Source: Thermoplasmata archaeon (GTDB lineage Archaea; Thermoplasmatota; E2; JACPAO01; JAHFTW01). From it: a DNA stretch of 64,000 bases. The DNA lies in the NCBI GenBank assembly GCA_034667725.1, contig JAXDQS010000005.1, forward strand, positions 64,001 to 128,000. The letters are read 5' to 3'. This document shows positions 58,017 to 64,000 of the stretch, piece by piece (position 1 is the stretch's first letter; every line of letters starts with the position of its first letter). The notes beneath the pieces are model-generated. The model searched no databases and had not been told where the DNA came from. It worked only from the letters and a program-made list of their open reading frames with translations. The position numbers and the translations under genes were made by a program.

Positions 58017-58310
58017 TTACGGGATGCGGCGGTACTTGGTCGAGCGGTTGCCCTCGATGAGGTCACCGATCCAAGCGCCCAGGATGAACACGACCGTCAA
58101 GATGACCACCGTGAGCACCGTGCCCACGATGCCGGTGCCCACAGGCAACGGGTTCGCGTTCAGCGCGCCGCCCAACAGGGCCAGCAGCACGGCCAGGATC
58201 AGACCGATCACAAGCCCGTTCATGAACAGCCGGCTCTTGTCCTGGCGCCCAGGCGTAAGCCAACCATACAGCAGTCCTACCACGAAGATCAACAGTCCCC
58301 ACATGGTCAT
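58017..58310 (-). CDS. Small 3-TM membrane protein
   Basis: GLLYGWLTPGRQDK...FILGAWIGDLIE. Confidence 0.75.
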   Translation of the reverse strand: MTMWGLLIFVVGLLYGWLTPGRQDKSRLFMNGLVIGLILAVLLALLGGALNANPLPVGTGIVGTVLTVVILTVVFILGAWIGDLIEGNRSTKYRRIP

Positions 58311-58505
58311 TCACCCTACCCAAACTTCGACGCCGCAGGTCATGTGCCTTTCCCTCGGCCCGGGGCGCGGGCTTCTTCAGGGTGGGAGCGGGTTTTCGGG
58401 GGCCGTCCAGGAGAGGCTGGCGAAGGGTTCTCGTCGGCTTGGGTCGGGACCGGCCCGGAGCATAGCGGGCTTTGCGAAGCGCGGCCCACGCGGCGCCCCT
58501 CCACG

Positions 58506-58512
58506 TTTTTAA
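58506..58512 (+). promoter_or_regulatory. Putative TATA box for the proteasome/exosome operon
   Basis: TTTTTAA, the only strong AT-rich box, ~140 bp upstream of the psmA ATG. Confidence 0.5.
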
Positions 58513-58651
58513 CCATCGCCCGCCTCGCGCCGGCCACGGAACCGAAGGCCGGACCCGCCCTTGGAGGCGTCCGGAAGCCTCCCCGTCCCGGCAACCTGTC
58601 GCCGGGGCCATGGGCGGCGAGCCTAGGTCCACCCAACGGGTGAACCCGCAC

Positions 58652-59386
58652 ATGCAGCCCACCGCCGCGACCAACTACGACCGCGCCATCACCGTCTTCA
58701 GCCCCGACGGGCGCCTGTTCCAGGTCGAGTATGCCCGCGAGGCCGTCAAGCGCGGCACCACCGCCGTCGGCGTCCGCGCCAAGCACGGGGTCGCGCTCCT
58801 GGTCGACAAGCGCATCAGCAGCAAGCTGGTGGTCTCCGCCTCCATCGAGAAGATCTTCGCCATCGACAGCCACGTCGGCTGCGCGACCTCCGGCCTGGTG
58901 GCCGACGCCCGCGCCCTCGTGGACCGCGCCCGCGTCGAGGCCCAGATGAACCGCGTCAGCTACGACGAGCCCATCCCGGTGGACACGCTCGCCAAGCGCA
59001 TCTGCGACTACAAGCAGTCCTACACCCAGTACGGCGGCGGCCGGCCCTTCGGCACCGCGCTCCTGGTGGCCGGCATCGACACCTCCGGCCCGCGCCTGTT
59101 CGAGACCGACCCCTCCGGGGCGCTCATCGAGTACAAGGCGAGCGCCGTCGGCTCCGGCCGCACGCCCGCCCTGGAGGTCCTCGAGGCCGGCTTCAAGGAG
59201 GGCCTCAGCCTGGACGCCGCCATCCACCTCGGCATCAAGGCGCTGCACGCGGCCACCGACAACAAGCTCAACGCGGACGCCTTGGAGATCGCCGTCGTGG
59301 AGCCCGCCCTGGACGGCGGCCTCGGCGGCTTCCGGCGCCTGCCCGACGAGGCGGTCAAGGCCGCCCTCAAGGGGAAGGTCGAGTAG
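58652..59386 (+). CDS. psmA: Proteasome subunit alpha
   Basis: YDRAITVFSPDGRLFQVEYAREAVKRG, TQYGGGRPFG, TDPSG. Confidence 0.97.
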   Translation: MQPTAATNYDRAITVFSPDGRLFQVEYAREAVKRGTTAVGVRAKHGVALLVDKRISSKLVVSASIEKIFAIDSHVGCATSGLVADARALVDRARVEAQMNRVSYDEPIPVDTLAKRICDYKQSYTQYGGGRPFGTALLVAGIDTSGPRLFETDPSGALIEYKASAVGSGRTPALEVLEAGFKEGLSLDAAIHLGIKALHAATDNKLNADALEIAVVEPALDGGLGGFRRLPDEAVKAALKGKVE

Positions 59387-59387
59387 G

Positions 59388-60104
59388 ATGGTCAGCCTGG
59401 AGAAGGCGGTGGTGGCCCGCCTCAGCCGGTTCGGCACCCACTACGAGGTCCTGGTGGACCCCGACCTGGCGGAGGCGGCGCGCGCCAAGCTGGTCGCCAA
59501 CGAGAAGATCTCCCCCGACGAGTTCCGCAAGGTCACCGCCGTGGACACCGTGTTCACGCACTGGTCCGACGGCAAGAAGGCCAGCGAGGAGCAGCTCACC
59601 AAGGCGTTCGAGACCACCGACTTTTCGGCCATCGCGCGCCGCATCCTGCTCGAAGGCGAGGTGCAGCTCACCGCCGAGCAGCGCAAGAAGATGGCCGAGC
59701 AGAAGCACAAGCGCATCGTCGAGACCATCCTCCGGAACGCCTGGAACCCCCAGACCAAGACGCCGCACCCCCGCGACCGCATCGAGCGCGCCCTGGAGGA
59801 GGCCAAGTTCAAGGTGGACCCCCAGCGGCACGTCGAGGAGCAGGTCGAGGCCGCGATGAAGCTGCTGCGCCCCCTGCTCCCGATCGCGTTCGAGCGCGTC
59901 CGCATCGCCATCAAGGTCCCCGCCGAGCACGCGGGCCACACCTTCGGCGTCATCAAGTCCCTCGGCGAGCTGCAGAAGGACGAGTGGCAGCCCGACGGCT
60001 CCCTCGTCTGCATCATCGAGATCCCGGCCGGCATGCAGCCCGAGGTCTACGACCGCCTCAACTCGACGACCCACGGCCACGTCGAGACCAAGCTGCTGAC
60101 CTGA
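59388..60104 (+). CDS. Ribosome maturation factor SBDS/SDO1
   Basis: VVARL..GTHYEVLVDP, GEVQLTAEQR, PQTKTPHP, IEIPAGMQ. Confidence 0.95.
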   Translation: MVSLEKAVVARLSRFGTHYEVLVDPDLAEAARAKLVANEKISPDEFRKVTAVDTVFTHWSDGKKASEEQLTKAFETTDFSAIARRILLEGEVQLTAEQRKKMAEQKHKRIVETILRNAWNPQTKTPHPRDRIERALEEAKFKVDPQRHVEEQVEAAMKLLRPLLPIAFERVRIAIKVPAEHAGHTFGVIKSLGELQKDEWQPDGSLVCIIEIPAGMQPEVYDRLNSTTHGHVETKLLT

Positions 60105-60123
60105 CATTCCAAGGAGAAACACA

Positions 60124-60921
60124 ATGAGCAAACAAGTGGAAGAACGCAAGCTGGTGCTGCCCGGCGACAAGGTGGGCGACAAGCGCTCCGTCGCGGGCGC
60201 TGGCACCAAGAAGGTCGGCGACGCTTTGGTCGCCACCACCGCCGGCCTGCTGCAGGCCCAAGGCGAGAAGGTCCACATCCTGCCGATGAACGGCTGCTAC
60301 GACCCGCGCCCCGGCGACCAGGTCGTCGGCATCATCCACGAGGCCAATACCGGCAACTGGATCGTCGACATCCGCGCCCCCTGGCTCGCCCCGATGCACG
60401 TGAGCGAAGTGCCCTGGCGCGTCGACTTCGGCGAGACCACGCAGTACCTCAAGGTCGGCGACGCCGTGCTGTGCAAGGTGCTGTTCGTGGACGAGCAGAA
60501 GAAGGTCCAGGTCACCCTCAAGGACCGCAACCTCTCCAAGCTGGAGGGCGGCGAGATCCTCGAGGTGCCGCCGTCGAAGGTGGCCCGCGTCATCGGCAAG
60601 AACGGCTCGATGCTGAACCTGCTGAAGGAGTACGTCGAGGCCTGGATGTTCGTCGGCCAGAACGGCCGCATCTGGCTCAACGGCGAGCCCAAGGAGATCC
60701 TGCTGGCGCGCGACGCCATCGAGGCCGTGTGCGCCTCGGCCCACCTGCCCGGCGTGACGGAGCGCGTCAAGGCCCTCTTGGAGGAGCGCAAGCCCGGCGG
60801 CATCGACGCCGGCATCAAGGTCGAGCGCGTGCGGCCGCAGCGCAACAACGAGGCCGCGAAGGAAGCCGCCGAGGGCGGCGAGACGGCACCGTCGGGCCAG
60901 GCCGACGGCACGGAGGAGTGA
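60124..60921 (+). CDS. rrp4: Exosome RNA-binding protein Rrp4
   Basis: LVLPGD, YDPRPGDQVVG, VARVIGKNGSM, VGQNGRIW. Confidence 0.95.
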   Translation: MSKQVEERKLVLPGDKVGDKRSVAGAGTKKVGDALVATTAGLLQAQGEKVHILPMNGCYDPRPGDQVVGIIHEANTGNWIVDIRAPWLAPMHVSEVPWRVDFGETTQYLKVGDAVLCKVLFVDEQKKVQVTLKDRNLSKLEGGEILEVPPSKVARVIGKNGSMLNLLKEYVEAWMFVGQNGRIWLNGEPKEILLARDAIEAVCASAHLPGVTERVKALLEERKPGGIDAGIKVERVRPQRNNEAAKEAAEGGETAPSGQADGTEE

Positions 60922-60923
60922 AC

Positions 60924-61685
60924 ATGGGCGTCCCCGACCCCACCAAGGAACTTGTCAACAAGAAAGGCGTCCGTCTCGACGGGCGGAAGGCGAACGACAT
61001 CCGGCCGATCCACATCGAGGCCGGCGTGCTGCACCGGGCCGACGGCTCGGCGTACCTCGAGTGGGGCAGCAACAAGGTCATCTGCGCGGTCTACGGGCCG
61101 CGCGAGCTGAACCCGAAGCGCTTCCAGGAGTCCGACAAGGCCGTCGTCCAGGTCCGCTACGGCATGAGCGCCTTCAGCACCTCCGACCGCAAGCGCCCCG
61201 GCCCCGACCGCCGCAGCCAGGAGATCAGCAAGGTCATCGCGGACGCGTTCGAGAACGTCGTCCTCACCGAGAAGTACCCGCGCGGCGCCATCGACGTCAA
61301 CATCACCGTGCTGGAGGCCAACGCCGGCACCCGCTGCGCCGCCTTGGCGTGCGCGGCCGTCGCCCTCGCCGACGCGGGCATCCCGATGAAGGGGCTCGTG
61401 TCCGCGGTCGCGGCCGGCAAGGCCAACGAGCACGTCATCCTCGACCTCGACCAGATGGAGGACAACTACGGCAACGCCGACCTCCCCATCGGCGTCAACC
61501 ACACCACCGGCGAGGTCGTGCTGTTCCAGATGGACGGCCACCTCACCCCGGACCAGTTCGAGAAGGCGCTCGACATGGCCGTCGAGGGCAACAAGCTCGT
61601 CGTCGAGGCGCAGCGCAAAGCCCTGCTGGCGCGGTTCAACGCCACCCTCGATTCCGAGGAGAAGGGCGAGAAGGGAGGCCGCTGA
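60924..61685 (+). CDS. rrp41: Exosome exonuclease Rrp41
   Basis: RLDGRK, ADGSAYLEWG, DRRSQEISKVI, AGTRCA, LFQMDG. Confidence 0.96.
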   Translation: MGVPDPTKELVNKKGVRLDGRKANDIRPIHIEAGVLHRADGSAYLEWGSNKVICAVYGPRELNPKRFQESDKAVVQVRYGMSAFSTSDRKRPGPDRRSQEISKVIADAFENVVLTEKYPRGAIDVNITVLEANAGTRCAALACAAVALADAGIPMKGLVSAVAAGKANEHVILDLDQMEDNYGNADLPIGVNHTTGEVVLFQMDGHLTPDQFEKALDMAVEGNKLVVEAQRKALLARFNATLDSEEKGEKGGR

Positions 61686-61686
61686 C

Positions 61687-62520
61687 ATGGAAGACAACCC
61701 CCTGTCGCTCATCAAGAAGGACTTCATCCGCACCCTGGTCCGCGACGGCAAGCGCGAGGACGGCCGCGGCCCCGACGACCACCGCCCCCTGGACATCCAG
61801 GTCGGCTTCGTCAGCCGCGCCCAAGGCTCGGCCCGCATCAAGCTCGGCAAGACCCAGGTCGTCGCCGGCGTCAAGGTGCAGGTCGAGACGCCCTACCCGG
61901 ACACGCCGAACCGTGGCAACTTCATGACCTCGGCCGAGCTGAACCCGATGGCGAGCCCGCACTTCGAGCCCGGCCCGCCCCGCATCGAGGCCATCGAGCT
62001 GGCCCGCGTCACCGACCGCGCCTTGCGCGAGTCGGGCGTCATCGACTTCGAGGCCTTGTGCATCGAGCCCGGCCAGAAGGCCTGGGCGGTGTTCGTGGAC
62101 CTGGAGATCCTGGACTACGACGGCAACCTGTTCGACGCCTGCAGCATCGCGGGCCTGGCGGCGGTGCTGTCGGCCAAGCTGCCGGCGGTCTGCCCCAAGA
62201 CCAAGTACGTCGCCTACGCGGACGGCAAGGACCGCCCGCTGCCGGTGAAGGTCGAGAACGCCACCTTCAGCACGACCTTCGTCAAGCTGGAGGGCAAGAC
62301 CCTGGTCGACCCCCACCTGCACGAGGAGCTCATCGCCGACACCCGCGTCACCTTCGGCCTGGACCCCCAGGGCAACGTCCGCAGCGGCCAGAAGGGCGGC
62401 TACGGCTCCTGGACCGTCGAGGAGCTCAAAGAGTGCCGCCGCAAGGCGCAGAAGCTCGGCACCAAGGTCTTCGACAAGATCCAGAAGGCCGTCAAGACCG
62501 GGCACTACGCCGACAAGTAG
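61687..62520 (+). CDS. rrp42: Exosome subunit Rrp42
   Basis: GKREDGR, PYPDTPNRG, FEPGPP, ELARVTDRALRES, DGNLFDA, QKGG. Confidence 0.96.
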   Translation: MEDNPLSLIKKDFIRTLVRDGKREDGRGPDDHRPLDIQVGFVSRAQGSARIKLGKTQVVAGVKVQVETPYPDTPNRGNFMTSAELNPMASPHFEPGPPRIEAIELARVTDRALRESGVIDFEALCIEPGQKAWAVFVDLEILDYDGNLFDACSIAGLAAVLSAKLPAVCPKTKYVAYADGKDRPLPVKVENATFSTTFVKLEGKTLVDPHLHEELIADTRVTFGLDPQGNVRSGQKGGYGSWTVEELKECRRKAQKLGTKVFDKIQKAVKTGHYADK

Positions 62521-62530
62521 CCGCACGGCC

Positions 62531-62580
62531 CCTCTCCCCGTCTCTTCCTTCCTTTTCCTTCCTTCTTCCCCATTTTTTGT
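62531..62580 (+). terminator. Pyrimidine-rich terminator after rrp42
   Basis: ~50-nt almost pure C/T tract ending in T6. Confidence 0.6.
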
Positions 62581-62657
62581 CCGGCCAGGAGTCGCGGATA
62601 CAGGCAGCAGGCCTTATCGCCAAGCCGGGGGTTTCGGCGGTGTCCTGGAGCCCCAGC

Positions 62658-63662
62658 ATGACGGAACCGAACTGCCGAGCCACCGTTGTGCTGGCCCTCG
62701 CCCTCGTGCTCGCGGCCGCCGCCGGCGGATGCGTCGGACAGGCGCAAGAAGGGGTCGTCCGGCTCGGCTACTTCCCCAACCTGACGCACGCCCAGGCCCT
62801 CCTCGGCACCGCCACCGGCTCCTACCAGGCGGCCTTGGGCGACACCAAGCTGGAGACCTCGGTGTTCAACGCCGGCCCGTCCGCGCTGGAGGCCCTCCTC
62901 GGCGGCCGGGTGGACGTCGTGTACGTCGGCCCGAGCCCGACCATCAACGCCGTCGAGAAGGCTGGCCTCGACAAGCTGGTCGTCATCGCAGGAGCCGCCT
63001 CCGGCGGCGCCCTGTTCGTGCTGCGCGACGGCGTCCGGCTGGAAAGCGACGCGGACTACGCCGGCAAGACGTTCGCGACCCCGCAGCTCGGCAACACCCA
63101 GGACGTCGCGCTCAAGCACCACCTCAAGGAGCACGGCCACACCACCACGGACCAAGGCGGCGACGTCGAGGTCGTCAACGCCCAGAACCCGGACATCGTG
63201 TCCCAGTTCGCGCTCGGCCGCATCGACGGCGCATGGCTTCCCGAGCCCTGGGCAAGCCGCCTGGTGCTGGAGAACGGCGGCCAAGTGTTCCTCGACGAGT
63301 CCGACGCCTGGCCCGGCGGCCGCTTCGTCACCGCCCACATCGTCACCACCCGCGCCTTCCTGGCCAGCCACCGCGCCGACCTGGACCGCCTCCTGGGCGC
63401 CCACCAGAACGCCACCCGCCAGCTCCAGAACGCGACCGCCGCCACCTTGGACGCCGTCAACCGCGGCATCGAGATCGCGACCGGCAAGCGCATCGGGGAC
63501 GCCATCGTCGTGGCGGCCATGCGGAACATCGTGTTCACCGACGACCCGCTCGCGTCGACCTTCGAACGGCAGTACGCCATGTCGAACGAGCTGGGCTTCG
63601 TGGGCCCGCCGCCCGCCGACCTGTCCCGGCTTTGGGACCTGGGCCTGCTGAGGAACCCATGA
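62658..63662 (+). CDS. ABC substrate-binding protein (sulfonate/nitrate/taurine family), lipoprotein
   Basis: AGGC; RLGYFPNLTHA, FNAGP, YVGPSP, TPQLGNTQD, PEPW. Confidence 0.92.
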   Translation: MTEPNCRATVVLALALVLAAAAGGCVGQAQEGVVRLGYFPNLTHAQALLGTATGSYQAALGDTKLETSVFNAGPSALEALLGGRVDVVYVGPSPTINAVEKAGLDKLVVIAGAASGGALFVLRDGVRLESDADYAGKTFATPQLGNTQDVALKHHLKEHGHTTTDQGGDVEVVNAQNPDIVSQFALGRIDGAWLPEPWASRLVLENGGQVFLDESDAWPGGRFVTAHIVTTRAFLASHRADLDRLLGAHQNATRQLQNATAATLDAVNRGIEIATGKRIGDAIVVAAMRNIVFTDDPLASTFERQYAMSNELGFVGPPPADLSRLWDLGLLRNP

Positions 63663-64000
63663 GCGGCGCACGGGTCACGCTGCGCGGCATCCACCATACC
63701 TTCCAAGGCGCGCGCGGCCACACCGAGGCGGTGCGCGGCATGGACCTGGAGGCCCAGCCCGGCGAGTTCGTCGCCATCGTCGGCCCCAGCGGCTGCGGCA
63801 AGTCCACGCTGCTGCACTTCGTCGCCGGCCTCGACCGCCCCCAGCAGGGCACCGTCGAGGTGGACGGCAAGCCGGTGACCGGGCCGCACGCGTCGCGCAT
63901 CCTGGTGTTCCAGCAGGCGGCGCTGTTCCCCTGGCTGGACGTGGCCGGCAACGTCGGCTTCGGCCTGCGCGCCGCCCGCGTGCCCGGCGCCGAGCGCCAG
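63659..64000 (+). CDS. ABC ATP-binding protein (SsuB/NrtD-like), partial
   Basis: GEFVAIVGPSGCGKST, VFQQAALFPWL. Confidence 0.9.
   Translation, partial: MSGARVTLRGIHHTFQGARGHTEAVRGMDLEAQPGEFVAIVGPSGCGKSTLLHFVAGLDRPQQGTVEVDGKPVTGPHASRILVFQQAALFPWLDVAGNVGFGLRAARVPGAERQ

Noticed and set aside
58530-58650. SRP or RNase P RNA
   Set aside because: Too short and lacking the conserved motifs; kept only as a candidate leader.

Overview
This is a 64-kb window of a very GC-rich (roughly 70% by eye) archaeal chromosome. The archaeal call rests on the exosome rrp4/41/42, proteasome alpha, SBDS, rpl37ae, rpoP, pcc1, rps17e, a GPN GTPase, NurA, archaeal-type ribC/ribL and an archaeal initiator tRNA. Gene content and the many LAGC lipoproteins suggest Thermoplasmatota (inference). 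Housekeeping blocks (purD-pyrE, riboflavin ribB-ribL-ribC-ribH, rsmA-hemK, proteasome/exosome) alternate with secreted or lipoprotein genes, a peptide-catabolism cluster (OPT, M20, M61, 2-oxoacid:ferredoxin oxidoreductase) and an accessory region next to tRNA-iMet. Main leads: (1) PurD, RibH and RibC all carry unusual low-complexity N-terminal extensions (~305, ~250, ~45 aa) that share a short motif (WEEYTSP / FEEYTAP / FEEYRRP / YEETTSKP), a candidate tag or scaffold system linking purine and flavin enzymes; (2) a secreted MnxG-type multicopper oxidase module bracketed by a 29-bp direct repeat; (3) tandem integrase-less islets at tRNA-iMet whose ORFs stop inside the att repeat; (4) a duplicated peptidase 3' end flanking a hairpin element and followed by hicBA; (5) a split exosome superoperon that one ~54-kb inversion would restore; (6) a giant His-rich, coiled-coil-interrupted secreted protein. 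All family assignments come from recognising motifs by eye; no searches were run. Many starts were moved from the ORF track to more plausible codons.
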